From Eledone cirrhosa (lineage: Eukaryota), in NCBI GenBank assembly GCA_964016885.1, contig OZ024750.1:5642001-5706000 (forward strand): 64,000 nucleotides of DNA, read 5' to 3'. How positions within the stretch are numbered: the first letter of the stretch is position 1; each line of letters begins with the position of its first letter. A model generated the notes under the pieces. It was not told the origin of the DNA. It saw only the letters and a program-made list of their open reading frames with translations, and ran no database searches. Of the stretch, positions 1-13,587 are shown one piece after another. The translations under genes were made by a program, and so were the position numbers.

Positions 1-140
1 AATTGTTTCTACTTTTGGCACAAGGTCAGCAATTATTCCAGTGCATTACTAGTACTTTATTTTATCGACCCCGTAAGGACGAAAGGCAAAGTTAACCTCG
101 GCGGGATTTGAACTCAGAAAGAAAAGGGCCGTAACTTTCC
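1..140 (-). mobile_element. tRNA-derived SINE family 1 (octopod OK-like), partial, short subtype
   Basis: Reverse complement of tctgagttcaaatcccgccgaggttaactttgcctttc...ggggtcgataaa...aattgctg(a)ccttgtgccaaaagtagaaacaatt, shared with about 20 copies in the window. Confidence 0.85.
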
Positions 141-199
141 GTGTAAAAACAAAATAATGAATAAAGATAATAAAAAAAAAAAATAGTGGTTATATAAAA

Positions 200-420
200 T
201 AATGATTTCTACTATAGGCTCAAGGCAAGCAATTTGGGGAGAGGGGAAAAGTCAATTATATCGACCCCAGTGCATTACTGGTACTTTATTTTACCGACCT
301 CGTAAGGATGAAAAGCAAAGTTAACCTAGGCGGGATTTGAACTTAGAACGTAAAGGGCCATAACTTTATGCCGCAAAGCATGTTGTCGGACGCTCTACCG
401 AAAGTGAACTTCGGCCAGAT
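200..420 (-). mobile_element. SINE family 1, long subtype
   Basis: Same body plus internal ggggtcgat...gacttttcccctcccc segment. Confidence 0.8.
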
Positions 421-439
421 TGAAACTCATTCGCAACTA

Positions 440-613
440 CTGTATTTCCCCGAGTCCAAGACGCTACTTTTTTCCTCAAATAAGTCTCAAAAATCTACCA
501 TGCATCTTGGAGGCCGTAGGTTGTCAACAATAGGGTGTGTCCTGGAGGCCGTAGGTTGTCAACAATAGGGTGCGTCCTCGAGGACGAAGCGTCTTCGGCG
601 CCGGGAAATACGG
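440..613. mobile_element. pogo/Tigger-like (Tc1-mariner superfamily) MITE
   Basis: Imperfect TIRs ctgtatttccccgagtccaagacgct / agcgtcttcggcgccgggaaatacgg with TA on both sides (438-439, 614-615); internal ~36 bp tandem duplication. Confidence 0.75.
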
Positions 614-1776
614 TAAATGCTGGAAAGCATTTTTTCTGACGCTTTAACGATTGCGCTATTCCATATATATGAAAATAATTTACATTGCTAAATTCATTCC
701 ACTCCACGTGTTATTGAATTAAATAACTGTCCACCAAGAATTTATCAAGTTGTAGTCGTACGAACAATATATATAATTTCTCCTAATTCAATGTTCAACA
801 CAGTACAAGGTAGGGTGGGGGTGTCGGGTGGGGGTGGAGCTGTTGTCACAGTGGTGGGGCATTCTAGCTTTTGGTGTTACGGAGGTGCCAAGTTAGAATA
901 CACATGTCAGTACACAACAGACACATACATACGTATATAATACACCCCATATATATATATATATATACACATATATATATATGTGTATATATATGTGTAA
1001 ATATATATATATATGTATATATATCTATATATATATATATATATACATATATATGCACATATATATATATATATGTATATATATATGTGTATGTATCATC
1101 TGTGTATGAGTGTGTGTGTGTATGTATCTGCATGTATGTATATATGCCCACCCACACTCGCAAGCACACACACACACACACACACACGCACATATATATA
1201 CATATATATATATGCGCATTTGAGCATAAAAGCTTTTTACTTGAGGAATATTTTCCCACAGTTCTTATTGAAGCGGAGTCAGTTGGGGTGAAATAGCGCA
1301 AAGAATCAACAAAGAAAACTAAAAGACATTATATATATATATATATATATATACATACATACACACACACATATATATAAACACACATACATACATATAT
1401 ACACCAAAAGCTCCCTCCACCTCCAGAAAAAAACCTCCAAATTGAAATCAGCCCATCACAAGCAAGCTAGGCTTTACTCATGTGTGATAGTGAAAACACG
1501 AGAAAAAGACGAGGAGAGGTGATGATGATATTAGCATAGAAGAGGGGAAAAAATTCAAGCAGCGAAGACAGAATAGAAGAAAATGGTGACAAAGAAGAAG
1601 ATAAAATAGATTAACCCCACACCACCCTACCCCACCCCACACACACAAAAACCGTAACGCATAAAAGATGACGAGAAGAAAAGAAGGCAGACGAAAGAGA
1701 TAAATACCCAGCCCCCTGCAAAGATAAGAAGAATTTATAGCTAAAATCTGACGGTTACTCAAACGTCTCTAGCCCC

Positions 1777-2122
1777 TTAACCCTTTCATCACCACATTTC
1801 TAATGAAAACATTGCATATAATTTTCAAATAATTTTTGAAAATAATGAAGAATTTAGAGTAGCGTTTCTCACCCTAACCCTTGTGAAATCCTTGAAATAG
1901 TTTCCATGTCTCAGGGAACCCCTGCATAAAACTTGAAACAATGCAATCGAAATGAATGCTTGCATGATTTCACAGCTTTAGCATCACTCCTTCATAGTCA
2001 GCCAATGAACTTTTCAGCTTACCCTCGTAAATGAAGATATAAAGAATTCCTTTGATAATTGAAAGATAAAGAATTCCTTTGATAAATGGAGAGTTAAACT
2101 GGCCTCCATTGGGAAAGGGTCA
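1777..2122. mobile_element. Possible degenerate piggyBac-like MITE
   Basis: Left end TTAA-CCCTTT; possible right end aaagggtca; interior degenerate. Confidence 0.3.
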
Positions 2123-2273
2123 TTTATTTATTTCATTTGAGTGTTTATTTTGTGAGGTCCCTACCTGGAGCTAAACAAGTATTTTAACGAAAAATACGAA
2201 TTTGAAATTCCTCGTGATTAACACCAGCTGAACACTGTTTTTTTTACTACACATGGAAGATATTTTAAAATAA

Positions 2274-2736
2274 CTAGCAGAAAAAGCACCCTTCGGGTGG
2301 TTTTCTGCTAGCATGTGTAGTGTACATATTGATATTATACACAAGTATAAAATCAAATAAAATCGTAATTGACAATATACACAGAAATTAAACGAAGACT
2401 GTGTTACACTGTCTTATGTAATCAGTAACGTAATCCATGATACATTAAAAAAGACGATATTATATATAAACTGCATTAGAAGAAAATTAGGACGGAAATA
2501 TATGAATGTTTATTTAAGCGATCGCTGACCGGAAGTGTTGACATTTGAAAATTTTAAAGAAGTGAATATTTAAATAAGCAATAAAATATACTTAATCAAC
2601 AGCTACGAAATTTAGCAGATAAATTATGTAATATTCATTCATTATTTATTCAAAGTAATCCAACTTATTTTACTAACTGGATTAAAAGAAATAAACCGTA
2701 CGCAGTCCCGCACTCCTTACTTTATTATAGTTTAGA
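2274..2736 (-). mobile_element. Non-autonomous Helitron, copy 1
   Basis: On the minus strand starts TC(taaactataataaa), ends with caccc-gaa-gggtg hairpin then CTAG, and sits between A and T; near-colinear second copy at 35027. Confidence 0.8.
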
Positions 2737-2799
2737 TGTGGTACGTACATATAGATTTAGTTCAGGTTGGCACAATTATCTGAATGAAGATTACAGAAC

Positions 2800-3058
2800 A
2801 GTGGTGTTGTGTCCTTGAGCAAAATTCTTTATTTCACGTAGATCTAATTCACTCAGCTAGCAACAAAAATGAGTTGTGGTTGTATTTCAAAGATTTGTCA
2901 CATATTCACACGCTGACTCTCACTGAGAACTATGATACGGCTACACGTGTCTCTGATATGCAATGCTCAGCTACTTTGCACGTTAGTTTCACAAGCAAAT
3001 ATTTTTGTTGATTGAATCAGTTGGAAGACTCATCGTCGAACCGGACGGAGGTCCAACA
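2800..3058 (+). mobile_element. SINE family 2 (CORE-like domain), degenerate
   Basis: tgtgtccttgagcaaa...tttatttcacgt...cactcagct...aaaatgagt CORE-like block and tail ctcatcgtcgaaccggacggag; related pieces near 18460, 41820, 53220, 55600, 58720, 62750, 63200. Confidence 0.6.
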
Positions 3059-3565
3059 CATAATGACCACTTATTACTTGGTCTCCTCAAAGACTAACCT
3101 CAAATTTCTTAACATTACAATTATAATAGAGCTCCCAACTTATCTGCTACTTGTACTCCGCTCAATACATATCACGAGATTTTCTGAGAATTTCTTTATC
3201 GATTTTCTCTTATATTTCATAGTAATGTTGTCGAAAGTTCGCTTCCATGATTCTGTTCAAAAGTATAGTAGTATACGTTAAGACTTGAGATCTTGGTACT
3301 TCATAAACCATTGTAATATACTAGTCCTTTGCAACATTGTTCATGAAAAACTAATAACAAACAAAGAAAAAACCGACAACAACAACACTAAAAAGCAAAC
3401 AAACAACATCTTCCCCGCAAAAGATACAAAAAAAAAAAAATCCCCCTTGAAATGAAACAATATTAGTCACTAAAAAATAACGCATTTTAAAAAACAATTA
3501 TTATTTTAAAACAACTCGAAAGATGTTCGAAAGATTTTCATACTTTCGGAAATGATTCATGATTC

Positions 3566-3621
<56 letters not shown>

Positions 3622-3662
3622 ATGAAATACTGTTAGCTTCTCGCTAAAACAATTTCTATACC

Positions 3663-3708
<46 letters not shown>

Positions 3709-3745
3709 CTGTTGGCTTCTTGCTACAATAATTTCTATACTTTTC

Positions 3746-3786
<41 letters not shown>

Positions 3787-3800
3787 TAAATATATATATG

Positions 3801-3887
<87 letters not shown>

Positions 3888-4042
3888 CTATATATATACA
3901 CACACACACACACATATATATATATACATAGAGAGAGAGAGAGAGAGAGAGAGATAAATAAATATATATATATTTCTCTTTTCAATCACTATATATTTAT
4001 ACATGTATAAAAATCAGTATGAAATTGTATGCATATATAATA

Positions 4043-4073
<31 letters not shown>

Positions 4074-4195
4074 GACAGAGACAGAGACAGAGAGAGAGAA
4101 TCAGATTGTAGCTGGTTACACACAGATGACAACTGAGCAAGATTTATCTAAATTTTCTCTGATGTCTCACCTTCTCAAACACAACCTACAAAGCC

Positions 4196-4302
4196 ACCGC
4201 TACTACCACCACCACCACTACTACTACTACTACCAACACCAACATCACTACTACTACTACTACTACCAACACCACTACTACTACTACTACCAACACCAAC
4301 AT

Positions 4303-4343
<41 letters not shown>

Positions 4344-4356
4344 TCAACACCAACAT

Positions 4357-4415
<59 letters not shown>
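4196..4415. repeat. (TAC)n microsatellite with caacaccaacatcac interruptions
   Basis: Direct reading. Confidence 0.95.
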
Positions 4416-4571
4416 GTTCCCCCATAACCTACCACCACCAGCTCCGCCATTATCACTAGCAACAAAAATAAGAATAAAACTCTTTAATTTCCAAACTCCT
4501 TCAAGCAAGAATCCTTCCTTATTAAACGGTATTGTTAGCATAGGATCTCAGATATTGATCTGTACACAACT

Positions 4572-4662
<91 letters not shown>

Positions 4663-5377
4663 CGACTCCTCCACCCTCTCTCTCTTATATATATATATAT
4701 AGTACACGTGCATATATATTATACCTATCTATATCAATATATTTATATATGATAATACACACACACACACACACACACAGACACACACACACAGAGACAC
4801 ACACACATACACACACATATATATATACATATATGAGTGAAGATATAATTATTTTTACCGCTAATTTAGTTGAAATATTTTGCAGCTAATTCCACCACAG
4901 AAATGTAAATACAAAAAAAAAAAAAAAAAAAAAAAAAGCTACAAAAAAAACAAACAAAAAACAAACAAAAACAAAAAAAATAAAACTACAAAAAAAAACA
5001 AAAAAACAAAAAAAAAACTAATAACAAATACACGCAAAGGAATGCTAGCTAGAACAAACGTCAAAAATCTTCTTTGAAAACAAAATTAGAAAAAAAATGG
5101 TGAGCAAAAACCTAGACAAGTAAAGGGTTTTTCGTGGAAAGCGAAATTCAATCTGTTTATGTCAGTTTACCAATAATAGTGTAATCAAGGTAGAGCGGAT
5201 TCTAATCATTTTGCTACACATTACTGGTTTTTGGAAACATTCTCAAATGATGCCTTAGTTTCGTCTGACAATAACGATAACGACTGATAGCGGTAACTAT
5301 ATCTCATTCTTACTATTCAACAATCCTGTATTAATTTTATGCTTCCGGGCTAAAGTCATCCCTTCGCCATTGAAGCG

Positions 5378-5483
<106 letters not shown>

Positions 5484-5933
5484 GCATATGCACACAAACA
5501 CACATATATATATATATACATATGCACGCAAACACACATATATATACATACATATGCACACAAGCACACACACATATATATATATACATATGCACGCAAA
5601 CACACATGTATATATACATATGCATTCACATACATACATGTATATATGCATATGGGGACATGTACACACACTCTCCCACACACATATATATATTCATATA
5701 TTAATAAATTTATTATAGAGAATGTATATATTTAAAACTAAGTCCTATATTTATATACGCTTTCACGGGTTTCACCTCATCAACAGCCGCCATATTGAGA
5801 TATCACGTTCGAAGTTTGTTGACGATTATATTGACCCCAGGACTTGGGGACCAGTATTTGTCAAACGGCTAAGTTACTTGTTCTGAACGGACATAGCAGC
5901 GATACCATACTTTAGTTTAGTGTAAACATAAAG

Positions 5934-5969
<36 letters not shown>

Positions 5970-5973
<4 letters not shown>

Positions 5974-6246
5974 CATCACCTATACACACACACACACACA
6001 CATACACACCGTCTCCTATACGCACACCCACACGCCATCACCTATACACACACACACACACACCATCACCTATACACACACACACACCATCTCCTATACG
6101 CGCGCACACACACACCACATCACCTACACGCACACACATACACCATCACCTACACGCACACCATCATCTATACAGACACACACCGTCTCCTATACACACA
6201 CACACACCGTCTCCTATACACACACACACACACCGTCTCCTATACA
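5970..6246. repeat. Minisatellite of (CA)n + ccatcacctat/ccgtctcctat units
   Basis: Repeated short spacers between CA runs. Confidence 0.85.
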
Positions 6247-6279
6247 TCTTTCCGGTGGCTTGTTCTTTCAAACCATTAA

Positions 6280-7237
6280 AATAATTATGCAAACTGGATG
6301 AAATAATTATGCAATCTCACTCTTATAATTATGCAATCTGACCCTTATAATTATGCAATCTGACCCTTATAATTATGCAATCTCACCTTTATAATTATGC
6401 AATCTCGCCCTTATAATTACGCAATCTCACCCTTATAATTATGCAATCTCGCCCTTATAATTATGCAATCTCGCCATTATAATTATGCAATCTGACCCTT
6501 ATAATTATGCAATCTGACCCTTATAATTATGCAATCTCACCCGTATAATTATGCAATCTGAACCTTATAATTATGCAATCTCACCCTTATAATTATGCAA
6601 TCTCACCCTTATAATTATGCAATCTGACCCTTATAATTATGCAATCTCACCCTTATAATTATGCAATCTCACCCTTATAATTATGCAATCTGACCCTCAT
6701 AATTATGCAATCTGACCCTCATAATTATGCAATCTGACCCTTATAATTATGCAATCTGAACCTTATAATTATGCAATCTCACCCTTATAATTATGCAATC
6801 TCACCCGTATAATTATGCAATCTGAACCTTATAATTATCAATCTCACCCTTATAATTATGCAATCTCACCCTTATAATTATGCAATCTCACCCGTATAAT
6901 TATGCAATCTGAACCTTATAATTATCAATCTCACCCTTATAATTATGCAATCTCACCCTTATAATTATGCAATCTGACCCTCATAATTATGCAATCTGAC
7001 CCTCATAATTATGCAATCTGACCCTTATAATTATGCAATCTGAACCTTATAATTATGCAATCTCACCCTTATAATTATGCAATCTCACCCGTATAATTAT
7101 GCAATCTGAACCTTATAATTATCAATCTCACCCTTATAATTATGCAATCTCGCCCTCATAATTATGCAATCTCACCCCTATAATTATGCAATCTCACCCT
7201 CATAATTATGCAATCTGACCCCTATAATTATGCAATC
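6280..7237. repeat. 22-bp minisatellite (ataattatgcaatctcaccctt), roughly 40 copies
   Basis: Contiguous tandem units with point variants; no unique spacers. Confidence 0.97.
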
Positions 7238-8914
7238 CTACGTTCATCTCATAGGTCCAATATCAGACAAGATACCTTAGAGAACATTCAACTGTTCTGT
7301 TTTCATACTTTATTTATAGATCTAACGAAACCTTTGTACGGACTATCTCCGCTGTGGTCCTTTCTCAGATTATATATTGCAAGGTTGCAAGGTTGCAAGG
7401 TTGCAAGGTTGAAGTGATTAGCAAAAAGAAGTCAAAGTAAAACAAAAAAAAAGGAAGAATGATCAAAGAAAAACCACAACAAAAAAAGATGAAACAAATA
7501 AAAACAAAAGGAAAAGTAATATTGGAACAGTTATAAAGATTAAGTAAGCAAAAGGTGACAAAAGAGAGACGGCGAGAACAAGAAAGGCGCACGTGAGTGA
7601 TTGTGTGTAAGTACGTGTGCATGTGTATATGTGTGCATGTGTGTATGTGTAAATGTGTATATGTGTGTGTATATGCGTATGTGTATATGTGTATGTGCGC
7701 GCGTGTGAATGTGTATGTGTGCGTGTGTGTATGTGTATGTGTGCATGTGTGTATGTGTATATGTGTATATGTGTGTGTATATGCGTATGTGTATATGTGT
7801 ATGTGTGCGCGTGTGAATGTGTATGTGTGCGTGTGTGAATGTGTATGTGTGCGTGTGTGTATGTGTATATGTGTGTGTATATGCGTATGTGTATATGTGT
7901 ATGTGCGCGCGTGTGAATGTGTGTGTGTATGTGTATATGTGTGTAAAAGAGAGAAAATGAGATACCCGGGAAGAAGAGTATTGATAAAGAAGTTAATATT
8001 GGTTTCTGTCCAAATTGTGTGTAGAATGAATGTAATCTAATAAAATATATAACAACTGGTAGTCTTGGACAGATTTATAATGTTTTATACTTATTTTAAC
8101 GATTTACTAACATCTTTGCATTGAACGTCATACCGAGAAGAAACTGATCTGTTATTTACGAAGTTAGAATGTCTTATAACATTTGTCCTTCCACTCAGTT
8201 CCAGTGAACTGCTTATATTTTATTACATCAATAAAATATCTTCCATTTATATCTATCTACTTTTCGATGCATTCATAATGAATTTTAGTTTGGGAATCTA
8301 AATGTTGCTTGTGTAAATGAATGTCATGTATTTAAACCCACCCCAAAATGGAGGACAGTAAAATCTTATGGTTAAGATGTGAGAAATTATTAATTGACGT
8401 TGAATTCTTATGAATAACCTTTCTCTTATATATTTGATATTAATACTTAGTCCTATTACATTCTGAGTTCAAATAACACCAAGGTCAATCTTTTTTTTTA
8501 TCGACTGTCAAATTTCTGGCTTTGTACCTATGCTAGAAAGGTGGTGGATTGGCAGAATCGCTAGAGCGTCGGACAAACAACTCCGTGACAGTTGTTCAAC
8601 TCTTTACGGTATTTAGTTCAAATCCTGTCGAAATCAACTTCGCTTTTCATCCTTCTGAGTAAGAAGTGAGTTGTGTGTCAGTTCTGAGAAGATGGTTGGG
8701 GTTTGATTTAGATCAAACTTTCAAGTGGACACGAACTGGGAAGAAGGCTAGGGCTGCGAGTACTGGGTCCAGTCCCACCAAGAAATAGACTGATAGGAAG
8801 CTATTCTTGTAAGGTTGGGTGGGGGTCTCTTCTGTAACCCTTCTTGTAGAGAATCGCATTCTACTTGTGAGGAAGCTCATCTGCTGCCAGTTACCATCGA
8901 CCTGGTATATACAT

Positions 8915-8975
<61 letters not shown>

Positions 8976-9013
8976 CTTGGTACATATATGTATATATATA
9001 TATATATACATAT

Positions 9014-9069
<56 letters not shown>

Positions 9070-9137
9070 ATCAAATCAACGACACAGTACAATGAAGAAA
9101 TATATTAGTTTAACGCTTGAAATAATTGAAATGGAGT

Positions 9138-9170
9138 CTTAACGTTTCGGAGACTAGTCTCTCATCAGCG
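9138..9170 (-). ncRNA. Minimal type I hammerhead ribozyme motif (PLE-type, family C)
   Basis: Minus strand CTGATGA-gagac-ta-gtctc-c-GAAACGTTA; flank resembles elements at 21183-21397 and 48338-48541. Confidence 0.6.
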
Positions 9171-9171
9171 A

Positions 9172-9380
9172 TGGGTTGAGTCAGTAGAGCGTCAGAAAAA
9201 GGCATAGCGGTATTTGTTCCGGTTCTTTACGTTCTGAGTTCAAATGCCACCAAATTCAACCTTGCTTTTCATCTTTTTAAGGCCAATAAAATATAGTACC
9301 AATCAGGTACTGAGATCGATATAACCCCCCCCCCCAAAAAAAAAAAAATTGCTGGACTTGTGCCAAATATAGAAACCATT
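9172..9380 (+). mobile_element. SINE family 1, diverged
   Basis: ttctgagttcaaat...ttgcttttcatc...aattgctggacttgtgccaaatatagaaacc. Confidence 0.7.
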
Positions 9381-9988
9381 ATAACTAAAAGTTATGAATG
9401 GTTCCCGCATTTAATTTGTACGGCTATCAGACACTTAATGTTTGCCTAGATATAATTTATCTATGATAATATATCAGATCAATGACTACCCTTTGTACTA
9501 ATAGAAATTGACATACACTTCACTCATACAATACTGGGCAAGGTTTAATGGTGTCCAGGGCATCGTAATTTCCTTTTTAGCATCATAAAATCTTAGTAAA
9601 AGGCTTGACAATCACTTAGAAAAAATCCTTTTTATACAACCAGCCATTTCTTTGTGAAGTCTTCGTCCTTCATCAAAGAGAAAGATCTAAGTCTTTCTAG
9701 ACATTTATTTTCTAAAGACAGCCAGTAATCAAAATAGAACTGTAAGGTACTAAGTTTAATAGCTTGATTTATTTTGACTAGATACGCGGCTTTTCTGCAG
9801 AAACTTAGCAATAGACTGAATCAACACTGTTAAGTTAACGTAGTTATTTTATCAGTAGCAAAACCAGTCGTGGGCCGTAGCTAAATTTCTGACTCCAAAA
9901 CTGCCCATCAACAACTTTATGCATGTAAACTCTGACATATAAAAACTAAATGTTTTGCCTTGAATATAAGACGCACAAATCTATATAT

Positions 9989-10690
9989 CTAGGGCGAGTA
10001 AAATTCCCGAGATCCATGGATGATTTCTCTCCAGCGGTCTCTGTTCCTCATCATCGCTGCCATGTCCTGCGTCTCCAAGAGACCAGTGTCTGTCCTTAGG
10101 GCATCAACATATGTCAACCTCGGTCTTCCTCTTCCATGCAGGGGCTCTGACAGGAACACTGAGTGTAGGGTCAACTCTGGATGTCGGTGAGCATGTCCAG
10201 TTAACCTCAGTCTCCTCTGTGCTACTTTCGAGCTGACTTTTGGGAGGCTCCCATACAACTTTGAGTTCTTCATCCTCAGTGTATACTGATTAATGTCCAG
10301 AGCCATCCTCAGCATTTTCGTGTAGCACCCATCCACCATCAGTGTCCAAGTCTCAGACCCGTACAGCAGCACAGACTCCACTATAGTAACGAAGAGACGA
10401 TCTTCAGGTCGTTACGAAGGTCCGACTTCCACACCGATCTCAAACTGTGGCACGCCGCCCAGGCTTTGCTCTTCCTCTCGACTACATCATCTTCCGTATT
10501 CCCAATCTTTGCTCCCAAATACAGGAAGTCCTCAACCAATTCTAGCGGCTTCCCGCCTACATTAGTAATCTTCTCTGGCTTCTTAGTATTCTCTACCAGA
10601 TATTTCGTCTTAATCTCATTCATTATCAGCCCCACACTCATCGACACAGTCTCCACCTTCTGCATCAACTCCTCTGCCTCCGTCACAAAC
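9989..10690 (-). pseudogene. RTE-clade LINE reverse transcriptase C-terminal fragment (5'-truncated, frameshifted)
   Basis: Peptides VGLIMNEIKTKYL, LELVEDFLYLG, ESVLLYGSETWTL, QRRLRLTGH, GRGRPRLTYVD are typical of the RTE ORF end; frame break near 10381. Confidence 0.9.
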
Positions 10691-11384
10691 GTGAAATAAA
10701 ATGACAAGGGAATCGAACCCTAAACCTTACAATCGTGAGTTGTAGCTAAATTTTAAAAACAAAACGACGCCCCCCCCCCCCAAAAAAAAAGAGCAGCCCA
10801 CCAACAACTGTATGTAAAACTCTGACATATAGAAACTAAATATTTGGCCTTGAACATAAAATGCGATGTACGATCCGAAAGCTTAACATCTTAACCACTT
10901 CACTATTTTATTTCTAAGATTTCACATGATTCAACTCTATCAATATAAATTGAAAGAATCATTCATGAATGATTTAATTTTGGCGTATTATTATTTTTTA
11001 AGTATTTTATTTTTGGTCGAAGTTTGATTGGATGGGGGGTGAGGTGGTGACGTAGGGTGGCGACGTTGGCGTGGTGACGTAGGGGTGGAGTTGTACATCA
11101 TTTCATGGAAAAATAGATTTAGAAAAAATATCAACAAATTCCTCAAAAAATCTTCTCTAATGTAAGCAGTGTTAAAGTAAACAATGTGTTTAATTATCAG
11201 TATTCGATTAATTAGTTTATATAAACACAAGGCTAAATACTCGTCGAAGGAGAGTAGCTTTGTTTATCTAACGGAAGGAAGCAGCTGTAGAGAATTAACA
11301 AATTATTACTTTTAACTGAGTGTTGACTCACAAACACACACATATATACATTCAACAACTCCATGTATATATACACACATGTAT

Positions 11385-11490
<106 letters not shown>

Positions 11491-11511
11491 TTATACATTC
11501 AATAACTCCAC

Positions 11512-11574
<63 letters not shown>

Positions 11575-11622
11575 CACATATATACATTCAACAACTCCAT
11601 ATATATATACACACATGTATGT

Positions 11623-11672
<50 letters not shown>

Positions 11673-11711
11673 TTATACATTCAATAACTCCACATATATA
11701 CACACATGTAT

Positions 11712-11744
<33 letters not shown>

Positions 11745-11788
11745 CACATATATACATTCAATAACTCCACATATATACACACATGTAT

Positions 11789-11876
<88 letters not shown>

Positions 11877-11993
11877 GCACACTTATCCCACACACATATA
11901 TATACACATTCAACAACTCCACATATATGCATATACACATATACATATAGACACACGCACTTAACCCACCACACATATACACATTCAACAACC

Positions 11994-12033
<40 letters not shown>

Positions 12034-13001
12034 TTATCCCACGCACATATACGTATACACTCACGTATACACACACATATATATACACATATGCCTACAC
12101 ATATATGTATACACACACACATATATATAGACACACGTACAACCCTCCCCCCCCCACATATATATATACATATATGTATACATACAAACACATATACGTA
12201 TACATATTTGCGTATACACACAAACACATACGCATACACATATACGTATACACACAAACACACATATATATGCCTACACGCAAAACAACCGCACATACTA
12301 CACATACACATACATATACACACACTTATGCTTGCCCATACAAGCCACCACACATACACGTACATATACACTCACACATATATACACACACTACTTGCAC
12401 ATACAACACCCCCAACCATATACGTAAACACACAAACTCATAAACACACATATCCACACATATACACACAAAGATACACATATATAAAAGATCAGTTTAA
12501 ATATAGTGGCAAATATACGACGTACGCATGCGCAAACACGCGTACACCAGCATTTCACATGAAAATGTCATGCATTATTTTCACATGAAGGTTTAACTCT
12601 AAGAGACAAGTTGTGAAAACAACTTTTCTTTTGATATAATACCTGCCACATGTGTTCTTAAGTACAACTATTCATCCTTAAAAAAAACATTTCTTATTTA
12701 TTTATTAATTTATTTATTTTCTTTCAGCCAACGTAATTCTTCAAACACTCCATTGTCTATTCATATTTTTTTCGAAACTGGATTTGACACATAGTCTGAT
12801 AGGGGGAGGAGAAAAAGCAAGAAGTAAAAAAAAATATAAATCCATTACAAAAGTACATTAGATTTGATACTTTGAAAATATAAGTAAATAACCTGGTAGC
12901 AGGCATGGCTGTGTTGTTTAGAAGTTCGTTTTCGTAAACCTTGAGGTTGTGGGTTTGATTCCAATGTGTAGCTATTAAATTTTTTTTGGTGCCTTGTAAG
13001 A

Positions 13002-13048
<47 letters not shown>

Positions 13049-13131
13049 AAAAATATATATATAGTAATAATAATAAATTTGAAGACTAAAATCCAAGTGA
13101 TTCTTTGCTTAAACTTTAATCTGTTATTTTA

Positions 13132-13209
<78 letters not shown>

Positions 13210-13305
13210 AATGAGTTATTTGGTTTGTTGATTATTCAACTATCCTCACAACTTATAACATGAAATTCACATGAAGATATGTCACTATCTTTACACCAAT
13301 TATTA

Positions 13306-13366
13306 TATTTTATCTGATGAAAGCGTACTTAAATATTAGTACCCTTGAAATACGTATCATAAAATA
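13306..13366 (+). ncRNA. Type I hammerhead ribozyme motif with 8-bp stem I
   Basis: tattttat-CTGATGA-aagcgtact(loop)agtaccctt-GAAA-tacgta-TC-ataaaata; palindromic stem III; predicted cleavage after 13358. Confidence 0.7.
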
Positions 13367-13420
13367 AATATGATTTTATAAAGATATTTTCCATTTATTA
13401 ATATTATTGATATATATATA

Positions 13421-13552
13421 TAACAAAGAAAGTGTGGTTAGAAACCAGGTGGACCATAACGCACCAGAGTACTCGATACTTAGAATGGGTAGTAGAGTGG
13501 GTAATAGGAAAAGAGTCAGGACCCCGACGGCTGAGCTCCGGCCGTTTCTTTT

Positions 13553-13556
<4 letters not shown>
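13421..13556 (-). mobile_element. Fold-back TA-embedded element family A
   Basis: Shares gtggaccataacgcacc...gggtagtagagtgggtaataggaa with copies at 19534, 29494, 44632, 46308. Confidence 0.8.

Positions 13557-13587
<31 letters not shown>

Noticed and set aside
6280-7237. CRISPR-like array
   Set aside because: Contiguous 22-bp tandem units without unique spacers, no cas genes, eukaryotic context
8660-8900. Possible PLE RT fragment on the minus strand
   Set aside because: Only vague similarity; no diagnostic motif
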